Assembly (NCBI GenBank): GCA_951406725.2
Contig: OX597814.1
Span: 19,902,001-19,966,000, forward strand
Source: Octopus vulgaris
Lineage: Eukaryota
Direction: 5' to 3'
DNA length: 64,000 nucleotides
Positions 1-14,225 of the stretch are shown here, one piece after another. Each line of letters begins with the position of its first letter. The stretch's first letter is position 1. The position numbers and the translations under genes were made by a program. The notes beneath the pieces were generated by a model, which made no database searches, was not told where the DNA came from, and saw nothing but the letters and a program-made list of their open reading frames with translations.

Positions 1-230
1 TTTTGACAAAAAAAGGGTTCCTTATACACGTTAGAATGCGGTAATTCCTTGAATATCACCCTAGATTTAAACACAGGCTGATATAAACCATATAAAAATC
101 TAACGAAAATATATTTTATATAAACTCACGTGTATGCCACTCACTTGTGTTTAGCAGAACGATTTCAAATCTTTCTCTTGTGAAGGGATTCTTTAAAAAG
201 GCAACCTCTTATTATAAAGACACATTAGAA
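1..230 (+). mobile_element. Decayed Penelope-like element RT C-terminal fragment
   Basis: Manual translation gives NSLNITLDLNTG*YKPYK...RTISNLS...FFKKATSYYKDTL, resembling the PLE RT end (FLDVTLDL.TG.YKPY.KPN...RIS.LS....F..A...Y..AL); contains stops and frameshifts. Confidence 0.55.
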
Positions 231-1154
231 ACGATCGGAGGCAGAGAAATTTAAGTACATCACCAACCTCGCTCCAACCGAAAAAGGGTCGTATTATTTA
301 CCTTCAACTCGAAGACAACGAACTACCAGAGTTATTAACAGTCCGGCAAAATGCTTTGTGATATTCTGTCCCTCTTTACGTGTTGAGTTCAAAATCCACC
401 GAGATCGATTTTGTCTTTCATCCGTTCTGGGTCAATAAAATAAATACCAGATGGTATCAAATAGATAGTATCAAAAATATTTGATGAAGCCAAGGTGATA
501 TTTAAATTCTAAGTCTGTCACTATAGATACGCGTATTAAGTTCGTCTATGTTATAGGTCATGGCTTCCCTGAATTCAATATTGTGTTTATGTAAATGTGA
601 GTAGTTGAGCGCACAGTTGCAAAGATTTTAAACATGTCGTCTTGTGGTAGACTCCCGACCTTACCAAACTTTTGCTGGTTTGTGTTCCTTCCAAGCTATA
701 ACTTTCCTTTATTTCTCTGGGTTTTTTTTTTTTCACTGTAGAAATATATGTCATTATATCAATATTTTTGGTTTTCTTTTTATTCTCTAAGCCTATTCCA
801 TTTTTTTTTTTTTTTTTTTTGACTGAAAAACAATTTAATTTAAGAAGAATTTTTATAGAATTTAATATGTCTGTTTCGCAAAGGAATTCGGTGAAACACA
901 ATTTATCGTTTATTTCCTTTTAATTGCTAATGAAAAAAAATTAACTCAACAAATTTTCCAAGGCTGCTCTAAATACACGAAACAGAAGTTTACAAATACT
1001 TGCTATACTAAAGGACGCATCACTTTACAGACGTTTATATGTCGTCCAATTCCTCTTGATAGATGGTCGGTCAGACTTAAAACCAGCCGTTTGAAACTTA
1101 TGATTAAAATTGATTAGGGGGGGCTATTATAAATATGTGTGTGCATGTACATAC

Positions 1155-1261
<107 letters not shown>

Positions 1262-2098
1262 TGCTAATGGCTAGTAGCCAAGATTCCCTATTCTACCATC
1301 TGTGTGTATTCTTTTTGCTGATATCATTTATTGGTCTATAATGTTACTAGGGTACCGCCTTTAATTGTAATGCAACGTTGTGCGTAATATTTGGCGGATG
1401 AAAAAAATTTAATGCTCATTGCTACATTACATTTCCTGTTGGGATGTAAGTTCATCCGAAATATAACAGAAGAATAGCAAGCAGCTGCTTCAGTCTGTCC
1501 GCTTCGCTACACATATCGTTTATGCTCTGAGTAAAGACATGGAATAACTATACTCCTATGAAATCTGAACTGGTTTAATATCTAGTCTTTGCCTGAGATA
1601 ACGATGTTAGCATTTTTGCACTATATAATAGGGGGACCCGCATAGTTTTCAGTTTCAAAGGATACTGCCAGTTCCAATATAACTGATAGAATCTTCTGGA
1701 TGTATATTACCAAAATTTTCCACCATTATTCGTTCCCGGAAGTATAGTGTTTTGGGAAGAGAGTATTTGGTGATTTTGTATGAGGGTAAAACCGGAAACG
1801 GCAAAATTCCGAGCAGAGTACTCCGTGGCATAGAAATGATACGATCCAGGTGCAGCTTTGCAGAGGTGTGTCTGTCCGATGTCGAGAGACTCGAAGGATG
1901 AGCACTTAAAAATAGCAGAGAAGGTAATTGGACGGAGTGATTTAGTGATGTAGAATGCTTAATTTTTGCAGCCGGTGATGGTGGTGCTTAAGAATGGGCT
2001 TATATGGAAGGAAATGTAGTTGGGTCCGATTGAAGACATATACATGCGCGCACGCACACGCACACACACACACACACACCAAACACACATACACAAAG

Positions 2099-2159
<61 letters not shown>

Positions 2160-2160
<1 letters not shown>

Positions 2161-2544
2161 TAGCAGTATCGCCCGGCGTTTCTTGGGTTTGTAAGGAAAA
2201 TAACTATATAAGCATTTTTAGAGAGTTATAGCCAAAAAATAGCAAAAAATGCATTAAAAATGGAAAAATATTATGGTAATTTTTTTTTAAATCGTTGACA
2301 TTTTTAGAGAGTTACTTCCCTTATATAATAGCGAAAAAAATGCATTAAAATGGAAAAAAATGACGGTAAATTTTTTTTTAAATCGTAGACTCATCGTAGA
2401 CGCGCGCTAATACCCAGAAGGGCTCGATATGAATCACGACTATAAGATACCCGGTTTTGGTTAAACTGCACCGCAAAATGTGGGAGTAGTTAGGAATCTA
2501 AATCGTAGGAGACAGACACACAACCTTACTTTTATATATAAAGA
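2160..2544 (-). mobile_element. Non-autonomous Helitron (~390 bp family A)
   Basis: Minus strand starts TCTTTATATATAAAAG and ends with a GC hairpin followed by TACTGCTAG; inserted between A and T with no TSD; five more copies in the window. Confidence 0.85.
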
Positions 2545-2694
2545 TATACAACTTATAAATAAGGGCAAAAGAAAAAATTCCAGTGCCAAATATGCCGATA
2601 ATAGACTTTAAATCGTCAATAACCACATATAATTCATCACTATAAGCACGCGTTCCAAAGCAAACTGACATAAGTTTCTTAAAAAATTCCGTTA

Positions 2695-2755
2695 TTACTG
2701 AATCGGTCCGATTTCTGAGTTAATTCATAAAGATTTTTCTCGTCATCAGCGGTAA
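2695..2755 (-). ncRNA. Degenerate hammerhead ribozyme-like motif
   Basis: Minus strand ttaccg-CTGATGA-cgag...ctca-GAAA-tcggaccga-TT-cagtaa; one mismatch each in stems I and II. Confidence 0.4.
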
Positions 2756-2940
2756 ATACGTTAAGAAATAAATGAAATATTTACTTGCACCCATGGAAGA
2801 AGCAGACGCAAAGTCATGAGCACATTTAAGTACCCCAAATATATCCAAATAGAAATTTTGTAGTACACCTCGAGACACGTGCGATCAGACTGAAAATTTT
2901 CATAGTGTATAAGAGAGGAAGGAAATGGAATTAAATTTAC

Positions 2941-3165
2941 ATCTAATATAGGATAAAATTTTCAAAACAATTTTATCCGTGGCCAGCATATTAAAAAATA
3001 TCTTTTAAGGTAAAATTTATAAACAACTTATAAATAAGGGGAAAAAAAAGTCCCAATTTCTTTTGCCCTTATTTATAAGTTGTTTATAAATTTCACCTTA
3101 AAAGGTATTTTTTAATATGCTGGCCATTGATAAAATTTTTTTGAAAATTTTATCCTATATTAGAT
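2941..3165. repeat. ~225-bp near-perfect inverted repeat (palindrome)
   Basis: atctaatataggataaaatttt...acaacttataaataaggg mirrored by cccttatttataagttgt...aaaattttatcctatattagat, centre ~3052; an extra copy of the inner arm lies at 2548-2574. Confidence 0.85.
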
Positions 3166-3744
3166 ATATACATATATATGCAGGGTGCGGGCGGTATTTG
3201 TTCGCATGGAAACTGTCTCAGGAAAAAACTTAACTGTTTTTATTTTGAGATATAGTCATCAAATTTGAGTTAGTATGTCTTCATGACATGTTTTGTCGAT
3301 CTCACTCGATGAACTCACCTTTGACTACGATGACAGCCTCCAGGCGACCTCAGAGCCGGTCACAAACCTTCGTCACTATCTCTCGCTTTAAGCCCCTGAA
3401 AGTCCTGGTAATCCTGGCTCTCAGCTCGTCTATTCTATTGCAGCTGGATTTGTTGGTGTCTCGTTTCACCGTGCCCCTTATAAAGAAGTCGAAGGGATTG
3501 CGGACAGGCAAGTTTGGAGGCCAAATACCAGATGCTGTGTGATCGAAGAAATTCTGCGACAGCCAGGCCTGGATTTTCCGACTGGTGTGGCAGGGCGCAG
3601 AATCTTGCTTCCACGTGAACGGCTATTCTACATCTATCTGGTCGATCCAAGGCTTCACCACCTCGCTCACGACACAAATGTAGCCGTCGGTGTTCAGCCT
3701 GAGGTTCTCAGAGCAGATGTGTGATGGTATGACGTCACCTTTAA

Positions 3745-4157
3745 GGCGGCGAGCTGGCAGAAACGTTAGCACGCCGGACGAAATGCTTAGCGGTATTTCG
3801 TCTGCGTTACGTTGTGAGTTCAAATTCCGCCGAGGTCGACTTTGCCTTTCATCCTTTCGGGATCGATAAATTAAGTACCAGTTACGCACTGGGGTCGATG
3901 TAATCGATTTAATCCCTGTGTCTGTCCTTGTTTGTCCACTCTATGTTTAGCCCCTTGTGGCTAGTAAAGAAATAGGTATTTCGTCTGCGTTACGTTCTGA
4001 GTTCAAATTCCGCCGAGGTCGACTTTGCCTTTCATCCTTTCGGGGTCGATAAATTAAGTACCAGTTACGCACTGGGGTCGATGTAATCGACTTAATACCT
4101 ATGTCTGTCCTTGTTTGTCCCCTCTGTGTTTGGCCCCTTGTGGGTAATAAAGAAATA
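3745..4157 (+). mobile_element. tRNA-derived SINE family A, dimeric copy
   Basis: ggcggcgagctggcagaaacgttag (A box-like), gagttcaaattcc (B box), core tttgcctttcatcctttcggggtcgataaa; 18-bp TSD ggtatgacgtcaccttta at 3726-3743 and 4158-4175. Confidence 0.9.
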
Positions 4158-4447
4158 GGTATGACGTCACCTTTACTGCTCCCGACACTGAAGACCATGA
4201 TTATTGCAGGAAATTTCGCCCGCCTGATTCTGGACACGTGATTGACTGAGATAGCAAACCACCTGCTATTCTGAGAGTTGATCTTCTGGTCATGACAGAA
4301 ATTCTTCTCGTTAGAGAAGAACTACAGCATGTCTAGCTCAAGCGGGTGTTTCAAGTTGTTGATCAGCTTCTTCGTGTGCTTGAGTCGTTTTCCCTGCGTC
4401 ACCTTAGACAGACATTCTCCTTTCCTCATCTTCTATGAAAGGTAACC

Positions 4448-4668
4448 TATTTCTTTACTACCCACAAGGGGCTAAACACAGAGGGGACAAACAAGGACAG
4501 ACAGACGGATTAAGTCGATTATATCGACCCCAGTACGTAACTGGTACTTAATTTATCGACCCCGAAAGGATGAAAGGCAAAGTCGACCTCGGCGGAATTT
4601 GAACTCAGAACGTAGCGGCAGACGAAATACCGCTAAGCATTTCGCCCAGCTTCTGCCAGCTCGCCGCC
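4448..4668 (-). mobile_element. SINE family A, monomer
   Basis: Reverse complement of family A; TSD ttctatgaaaggtaacc on both sides. Confidence 0.9.
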
Positions 4669-5327
4669 TTCTATGAAAGGTAACCAATGCCCATATGCAC
4701 GACCAGCTTGATGAGCTTTTCACTCACACCTTTTACCTGTGCAATAACATGCATTAACTTACTGGGATCATTGTTAATGATCTGGAGTTCAGCAACGAAT
4801 TCCGGTGTTCATATGACGTCAGCTCACTGATCATGGGTTTTCCTTTCTGTTGTCGCCTCGTGGACAAATCCTGGATCTTCCAGTTCTTTTCTAATCGTTT
4901 CCACCATCATTCTGCTAACATTGAGTAAGTCTGAAATGTCCTTGTTTGTCCTTCTGGCGTGGATTCCATGGAGGACTCCATGCTTCTTCCACAAATTGGG
5001 TAGTTCAAAATTTTCCATTGACAGTTATTCTGCAAAGAAAGAAAAAATGTTAAAAATAAGACAAAAATGGTTATTGTTTTTAAGAAGGAAAAAAAGCCGG
5101 CAACAAAAGTAAAAAAAAAAAAAGAAAATTTCGCAAAATTAGCAGTTGAAAATTGTGAACGGAAAAGTGTGGCCATGCTGGTGCACTATTTGAATATGCC
5201 CCAAGGACTTTTTCTTCAGCTTGTTACTTCCTTTATCGAACCAGTAAGTTACATGGACGTAAACAAAGCAACATCGGTTGATGAGGGACAAAAACATACA
5301 CGCACATACACTCGTGCACACACACAG

Positions 5328-5399
<72 letters not shown>

Positions 5400-5462
5400 G
5401 TTTAAATATTTGTTGTGCAAGATTTAAACATTCCGATAATATATATATATATATATATATAT

Positions 5463-5513
<51 letters not shown>

Positions 5514-5936
5514 TTTAACAAATCCACTCGCAAGGCTTTGGTTGGCTCGAGGCTGTAGCAGAAGACACTTGCCCAAGGTGCCATGCAGTGGGGCTGAAAC
5601 CGGAACTATGTAGTTGGGAAGCAAACTTCTAACTACACATCCACAGCATGTGTGTGTATGTGTATGTATGTGTGTGTGTGTCTCTCTCTCTCTCTGTGTG
5701 TGCGTGTGTCTTTGCGTTTGTGTTTCTCTCAACCTTCACTGTTTGCCAACCAGTATTGGTTTGTTTACGTATCTTTCACTTAGCCCTCTAGCAAAACAGA
5801 CCGATAGAATAAGCACTAGATTTTAAACACACACACATACACACACGCGCAATTCTGATTCAAGCTGTGTACGTGTATGCATCTGTGCATGTGTATACTT
5901 CAACTCTGTCTCTCTCTCCCCTCTCTCTCTCTCTTT

Positions 5937-5985
<49 letters not shown>

Positions 5986-6559
5986 ATGCACACGCGTGTG
6001 CAAACACACACATATATATGAGAGTATTTTTTTATATTATTTCAACATACACGCACACAAATCTGTTTTCGCGCTTTGTCTGTATCAACTACTCCACCAC
6101 CTCTCTCTCTCTCTCTCTCTCTACCCTTGTTTTTATTTGAAACCCCTCAGTGTCTCATCATGACTCCCACACATTTTCACCCCCTTCCCCCAACCACCAC
6201 CCCCATTATTCTTTCTCCACCCCCACCCCCATAGCCTCCGCCGCCATCTTACACTCCTTCCCCCCACCCCCACCCACCCACCCGCTTTTTTTCTCTCTAT
6301 TACTCTTTAGCTCTACATCGGTAGTTAATTGTTGCTTCGCGTGTTTATTGACAATCTGTCGATTTGTTTATCTTGAGTTTTTAAAGAATGCGAACAATCT
6401 CGATCCACAGCTAGTTGTTGTGTCCACAGACGAGCATTACATAAACAAACAGAAAGATCGATCGCTGATGATCTGTTCAAACACATACACACGCATACAC
6501 ATACTTTCCTACACACAAGCTCATACACAGGCACATACACACATATGTGTGTGTCTATG

Positions 6560-6975
<416 letters not shown>

Positions 6976-7174
6976 ACTGGTGCAGTTGTAACTGTGTCAT
7001 AAGAAGTTTGCTATGCAAGCACATGGTTCCGAGTTCAGTCACACTGCGGGGCACTTCAGGTAGGTGTCTTCCAAAACCTTGTAAGTGGATTTGGTAGATG
7101 GAAACTAAAAGAAACTGGTCGTATACTCCAGGACAGTTTTCTGGGGTTTTTTTTCTTTCTAATAAGTACTAGGG

Positions 7175-7400
7175 CCGATTCATTTTACTCTTTTACTCTT
7201 TTACGTGTTTCAGTCATTTGACTGTGGCCATGCTGGAGCACCGCCTTTAGTCGAGAAAATCGACCCCAGGACTTATTCTTTGGAAGCCTAGTACTTATCC
7301 TATCGTTCTCTTTTGCCGAACCGCTAATTTACGGTGACGTAATCACACCATCTTCGGTTGTCAAGCGATGTTGGGGGGACAAATACAGACACACAAAAAA

Positions 7401-7466
<66 letters not shown>

Positions 7467-7570
7467 CATATATATACGACGGGATTCTTTCAGTTTCCGT
7501 CTACCAAATCCACTCACAAGACTTTGGTCGGCCCGAGGCTATAGTAGAAGACACTTGCTCAAGGTGCCGT
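7175..7570 (-). mobile_element. SINE family C with internal (CA)n(TA)n
   Basis: Reverse complement of the 59221-59595 element (tagcctcgggccgaccaaag...ggaaactgaaagaa...cagcatggccacagtcaaatgactgaaac). Confidence 0.8.
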
Positions 7571-7894
7571 TTCTGTGTTTGTGTTTGTCCTCCAACATCG
7601 CTTGGCAATTATACTCAAGGGCGGACTATACTCGAGGATTTACGGTATATACACTATGTATGTATGTATGTATGTATGTATGTATGTATGTATGTATGTA
7701 TGTATGTATGTATGTATGTATGTTTGTATGTATTGTGGTAAATCATTTTACCTTTGCCCATATAATGCAGTAAATGAATTGATTGCATCGCAATCCTTAA
7801 CATTTATGTATTAACTTTCTTGGGTACTTCACTAGCAGTATATTGGATATATGTTATCCCATGGAGGGTTGCATTTACAACCCCTATCTCAATT

Positions 7895-7936
<42 letters not shown>

Positions 7937-8519
7937 TTCCAAATAAGAATGAAATAAGATTGTAATGCATCTTGAATGTTCTGTTACAATTGTTTCTCTA
8001 TCAACTCTGTTTCAAAGCCAATTTACACAAAAGTTCCAAATGAAAATTTGCGTAATATTCACGTAAATTTTCACTTGGAAAAGATTAAATTCAAAAAGGA
8101 ATTAAAAGCAGCGCTAGTGTTGTATGAGTATTCCGTGTTCGCTGGTTTACTGCTAGACAGCGGTCTAGGGAGGACTCCCTCATAGCACTGGACGTTTAAT
8201 CACCTGAAAGAAGTCTCCAGTCCCGTAAGGAGTGATCGATGCCGATATTTATAAGCGCTGTTTTTAATTTATAATTGATTTTAACATGACGAAAAATGGT
8301 TCTTACACTATTTGTATAGACTGGCGATTCAGTTCGACCCCCGGCTTGATTCAGGCACACGATGTTGCTAAACTATAAATGTGGCGGGATGGGACTGGAG
8401 GCAAGTTGTCTCGCCCGTCTATGACTTTCAAATGCTTTAATACCAAGTGCTGTGAGGGAATCGACCCCAGGGCGGAGTACGGCAACGAACTGATGAACAA
8501 GCAAAACACATACACTGAG

Positions 8520-9036
8520 TACCATAAATCCTCGAGTATAATCCGCATTTTTTTACCAAAATTTAAAGGTCAAAATCCCTAGTGCGTACTATATACGAGG
8601 TTAAAAATAAAAATTATTTTCTAAGCAATGTCCGAGTCTCTATTTGCTGTCCGGCAATGTTTATTCAGACGCATTTTGTGATGTCGGGCGCGAAAATACC
8701 TTAAACTAAGCCTGAAAGCAATGAAGTCTCAAAAGAATCATCCATAACTTGCACTAAGCAACATTTATTAAACGTTATTACTGTTATTTCTTTATTTTCT
8801 GCAGACAAAATGCACAAAAAAGCTACACGTTTGCATTATGTTATATGTACAATAATAATAAAGGGCGTTACCGTATACATTTTTACAAATCAAGGACGTT
8901 ATATAGACCTCCTTGACTCAAGTTAGAGAAGGGAAGCGTATTATACACAAGGTTTAGGTTTTTCAGAGGTATACCCTCCCTGAAAATCCCCTGAGTATTA
9001 TACTCAAGGGCGGACTATACTCGAGGATTTACGGTA
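8520..9036 (+). mobile_element. Tc1/mariner-pogo-type MITE
   Basis: TIRs tacc(a)taaatcctcgagtata(a)tccgc / gcggactatactcgaggatttacggta with TA ends; related copy at 29412-29936; solo right end at 7609-7647. Confidence 0.85.
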
Positions 9037-9081
9037 TATGCGGTCGATAATGTTTACAACATACATACATACATACATACA

Positions 9082-9112
<31 letters not shown>

Positions 9113-10440
9113 TGAAAATATATAAAGTGATTAATACAAACTGGCATATAATCGTATCAGTTTGCCATGATAAAATGGTTGCCGATAACAGTGAAGGTAA
9201 GGGAAAAGATAGTCAACCTTAGTACTTGGTTGGTAGTTTATTTATTGTCCCCAAAGGATGATAGTTAAAGCTAATCTCGGTGAGAATTTGAAATCTTAGA
9301 GCAAAGAGCCTACAAACCACTACAAGACACCATATCCGATGTTGTAAAGAATTCGCCGTTTTTTAGTCCCAAAACTCAGTCTGAATTTTAGACGGGATGG
9401 TCACAGATGGACTGGCTCCGATCCTAAGTTTGATGACTCAGATGTTTCTAAACTCACTTTGGGGTTGAACAGTTATAAGAACAAGGAAAGGCGCATTGCA
9501 TATTGAAGTCCTAGATACTTTTAAATAGACTAGCTTGAATGCTTTTGATCATAGATTTACCCAATCAAAGTTGACCTAAGGCCACAAACAACAATAATAA
9601 CATCCACAGCTTATTAAGTAAAATATACATCTATCATTGCTGAGTTCATCGATGACTTTTAATCTGTTCAAAAGAAGTGGATAATTCTTTATTCTCTGCT
9701 GTCTTAATGGAGTGAAAAATTGAATCAACAAAACGAAGGTTACGTTCACGTCGCTTCGTATTAACCGCATAAATTAAATTGGCTCTGAAAATTATTAATA
9801 ATTACATAGGTTTTAAAGATTTGGGTTATAGTGAGGGTTAAATGAAAGTTTCCAAATCTATATCTACTTTCGTATAGCAATATAGATATTAATTAATTTT
9901 TATAATTAACTGCCGTTTAATCGTGATCAAGACTGCTATTAATTACAGAATGCATGGCTTAATTAAATCATAGACATTTTTGATTTTGGTGGCGTTGGTA
10001 GTGGCAGCGGTGGGTATTTTGTCTTTTTTTCATACTTTTTGCTTATATCTATATACGCGTATGTGTGTAGACAAATAGTATGTATAAATGTGTTTGTGAA
10101 TGTGTGTATGTGTGTGTGAACGCGTGCGTGCGTGTGCGTATGTATGTGTACATATATATGTTAGCGTATATCTGCATCGAACTAACGGTTGTATTATACC
10201 ATTTTTTTTACATATATCTATATGTGCGTGTGTATACATATATAAATAAAGATATGTATATGTATACATACATCAGTACGTATATATATATATGTGGGGG
10301 GTATCTACTTATATGTATGTATATATGCATATATTTATATATTATTTATATTATATATATATATATATATATGCGTGTATATGTACATGTAGAGGTAGGT
10401 ACGTACATATATGTTTATATATATGCATATATTTTATTAA

Positions 10441-10495
<55 letters not shown>

Positions 10496-10569
10496 GTACG
10501 TAATATTTATGCAACTATATGAAGACATGGACATATCTATGTCCTTCATTATATATATACATATATATA

Positions 10570-11000
10570 TATATACATACATACATACATACATACATAC
10601 ATACATACATACATACATGCATGCATACACACACATATACGTACATACATAAATACATACATACATACATACATACATACATACATACATACATACATAC
10701 ATACATACATACATACATACATACATACATACATACATACATACATACATACATAAATACATACATACATACATACATACATACATACATAGATACATAC
10801 ATACATAGATACATACATACATACATACATACATACATACATACATACATACATGCATACATACATACATACATACATAAATACATACATACATAGATAC
10901 ATACATGCATACATACATACATACATACATACATACATACATACATACATACATACATACATACATACATACATACATACATACATACATACATACGTAC
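10570..11000. repeat. (CATA)n tetranucleotide microsatellite
   Basis: Direct inspection. Confidence 0.95.
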
Positions 11001-11659
11001 GTACCTACATATATATATACACACACACATGCAAAAGCATACGTGTGCGTGCGTATAAGCAACGGGTGAAACAAAAAGTGAAAGAAGCTGACAAGAGAAA
11101 ATGAATGAAATTTAAAGAGAACGAAATATCACCAATGTGTTTCCCTGATGATAACATTGCTTCTGATTAACATTTGTTTTTGTTTGGGAAGCAGGAATGT
11201 TTTTGTGGTTGATATTGTTGTTTTTTCTACGAAGTTTCAATAGCAGACTTGATCATTATCAAAATCGTAATTCTTCAAAAAGAAAAGCGAAAACAAAAAT
11301 AAAAGAAAGGAAATCGTTGAACACTTTGAGGAAACTTAAAATATAATGGAAAAAAAGAAAATAACAAAAGTATTATAGTGAATAAACCAACAAACCTATT
11401 ATAAATTTGATAGATAATGTCTCATGTATATACATACATATATATATATATATACATACACATATATATACATAGACATATATATACACACATATATATA
11501 TATACACATATATATACACACATATACATATATATATATATACACATATATATACACACACATACAAACATACATACATTATATATCGTATAGGTACGTG
11601 TGTGTGTATCTGACATGATCTTTCAAATTTATACCATTTATGTAATATATATGTATATT

Positions 11660-11715
<56 letters not shown>

Positions 11716-11901
11716 CGTGTGTATTTCTGTACACGTGTATATTTCGGTTTATTATATATAAATATATCATATTATATGCATATTATATTTATAGCCACCC
11801 CACTCTCCCTTTGTTGATATATACATATATGTATTTGTGTAATGGGTGTATGTATACATATATACACATATACGTCATTATATTATATATTTAACACTCA
11901 T

Positions 11902-11944
<43 letters not shown>

Positions 11945-12494
11945 CACACACACTCTCTCTCTCTATATATATATATATTCGTAAACCTTCCTGTTATATA
12001 TATATATATATATACATATATCTCACACACATACACACACACTCACTCGCACTCCTGCATAAGATGCACCCCTATATTGCAAGCATACCTTTAGACTTAT
12101 AAAAACAAATTTAATATGCTTCTACATACAATTATTAAAAGATAATGTTGTTTTATTTCGAAAAATGTACGATTCCGAGCATGTAAGTACTGTATTCCCA
12201 CAGTATACTGGAATGTGATGAAGCCCGTACGTTTATCGTAAATACAAGAAGCTATTTCTACTTTAAATTCTTTAAAAATCATCTAAATCACCGTTTAAAT
12301 TTTGGTCAAGAAAATTGCCGTACAAGAAGTAAAACTCGTATTTTGGGTTGTGATGATTTGTGTAACCGCAGTTGGCTATATATATATACATGGTATGTAA
12401 ATACATGCATATATACATACACACACACATATTGTGTGAGGTTTGATTAAGGAAGTCTCGACCTGGTACGAAATTTTTGGCCTTTTTTTTATTT

Positions 12495-12576
12495 TTCCCC
12501 TGACGAAGGAGTAATTATTGTGATGCACCCTCGTGCATTAAATACAGTAACGTACCCCTGAAATGGCCATAGGGAA
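12495..12576 (+). ncRNA. Type I hammerhead ribozyme (Penelope/retrozyme-type)
   Basis: ttccc-CTGACGA-agg...cct-GAAA-tggcca-TA-gggaa: perfect 5-bp stem I, canonical core, palindromic stem III, extended stem II (ttattgt/acagtaa and tgatgcac/gtgcatta). Confidence 0.75.
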
Positions 12577-13094
12577 TGTAAATATGGTTTCTTCATTTTT
12601 GCTTGGACACTGGCTTTTAACTATAGGTTTCCTTTATCTGAAAAGTAATTTTTAATCGAAAAAAATTTCTAAACGATTAACTTTTATCTTACTTTATATA
12701 TTATATATTATTTATTTATATGCTTCCTATATTTATATATGTATTTTTTATATATCTATATATTGATATATTTCTTATATTTTTATGTATTTATTATTCT
12801 AGGTGTTGTAATGTTTTTAAAAAAATATATATTTCTTAATCGCTAAAGTATTAATCGTTTACTTTTAACCGAGATGAACTGTATTCACGCACTTTCTTGT
12901 ATTTTCTTATATGCTTGTACTGATGAGTTGTGTTTCATCTTCCGTGATGTTATACATGTATATTCTATGTGAAAGAAAAAGCATTATGTGAATAAATGTT
13001 CGAGATATGAAATGTTACGTGGATGACCTTGTATTTGTTTGTTCTGCAACCATAGTTTAATACACACATATATACATATATAAATACATACATA

Positions 13095-13735
13095 TCACCT
13101 ACATCATAAGCTGTTGTCCGAAAATGTCATCACGGTATTATCTACCGATGAGACATGATGTTGTAGCTGGGACACTCTGTAATGAAATCTGTCAGAAGGA
13201 TAATCCCGAAGACAAAGAAATAAGAACCCACAATATAGTAGAAGCCATAGCCACTCTTAATAAAAAGGAGTACTGGTGGAATGTACCAGTGAAGACCTCA
13301 ATAAAATATATGCACAACAAACCTGATGTAATGATTTGGGTTAGAGAAGAGAAAGTGTGCACAGTTGTGAAAATTAGCGGTCCAGCAGATGTTAACATAA
13401 AGCTGAAGATCAGTGAAAAAGAGAATGTCTACGCTGATCTATTGAGAAATCTGCAGTTACTTATCCAGGTTACAAGTTCAGGTTTATACCTGTAATTATT
13501 GGGACCTGGGATATGTAACATACTGCCTAAATACCAATATTGAGAAATTAGGCTTCTCAAAACCACAAAGGAGAAAGTTAATCAGAAAACTACAAATCCA
13601 ATCCATCATTGGAACTGTAAAAATCTGTAAAACTTTCCAGAAGTTTATCATTTAAGTATATATGGGCATGTCTAGACATGCATCTATATGCATGAGAATG
13701 CCTGCATAAAACAAAACATATAAATCTGCACATAT
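13095..13735 (+). mobile_element. 3' end of an R4/Dong-like non-LTR retrotransposon (RLE endonuclease domain), decayed
   Basis: IISCCPKMSSRYYLPMRHDVVA...YWWNVPVKT...HNKPDVMIW...VVKISGPAD...K..EKENVYADL matches zinc-knuckle, RHD, PD..D/E and K..KY..L motifs of restriction-like-endonuclease LINEs; followed by (CATA)n. Confidence 0.85.
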
Positions 13736-13997
13736 ACATACATGCATACATACATACATACATACATACATACATACATACATACATACAAACAAACATA
13801 CATGCATGCATACATACATACATACATACATACATACATACATACATACATACATACATACATACATACATACATACATACATACACACACACATACATA
13901 CATGCATACATGCATACATACATACATACATACATACATACATACATACATACATACATACATACATACATACATACATACATACATACATACACAT

Positions 13998-14225
13998 ACA
14001 TTGGGATTTGTAACACACTGGCTACATATCGATATTGAGAAATTAAGCTTCTCAACACCAGAAAAGAGAAAGCTGATTCAAAGACTACAGATCCAAGCAA
14101 GCCATCACCAAACTGTAAAAATCTGTAAAACTTTCCAGAAGTTTATCACTTAAGTATATATATATACATGTCTACACATGCAACTATATGCATAGGAATA
14201 CATACATAAAACAAAACATACATAT
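13998..14225 (+). mobile_element. 5'-truncated copy of the same RLE LINE 3' end
   Basis: Clear similarity to 13505-13735 (gagaaatta.gcttctcaa...aaaatctgtaaaactttccagaagtttatca.ttaagtata). Confidence 0.8.

Larger units (their letters stand above)
3301..5018 (-). pseudogene. Decayed Tc1/mariner (maT/DD37D-like) transposase interrupted by two SINE insertions
   Basis: Minus-strand pieces MENFELPNLWKKHGVLHGI (HTH-like N-terminus), KFPAIIMVFSVGSSKGDVIP, WKQDSAPCHTS, IWPPNLPVRNPFDFF and RLEAVIVVKGEFIE*, matching QQDSAPAH / WPP.SPDLNPLD / RLEAVI...GG.IE motifs; internal stops; possible end at cagggtg near 3181. Confidence 0.85.

Noticed and set aside
8140-8500. GC-elevated block with tRNA T-loop-like motifs (gttcgacccccgg)
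   Set aside because: No cloverleaf or A box could be assembled; identity unknown.
12915-13020. Hammerhead starting at CTGATGA (~12920)
   Set aside because: No convincing stem II, GAAA and stem I arrangement could be built.
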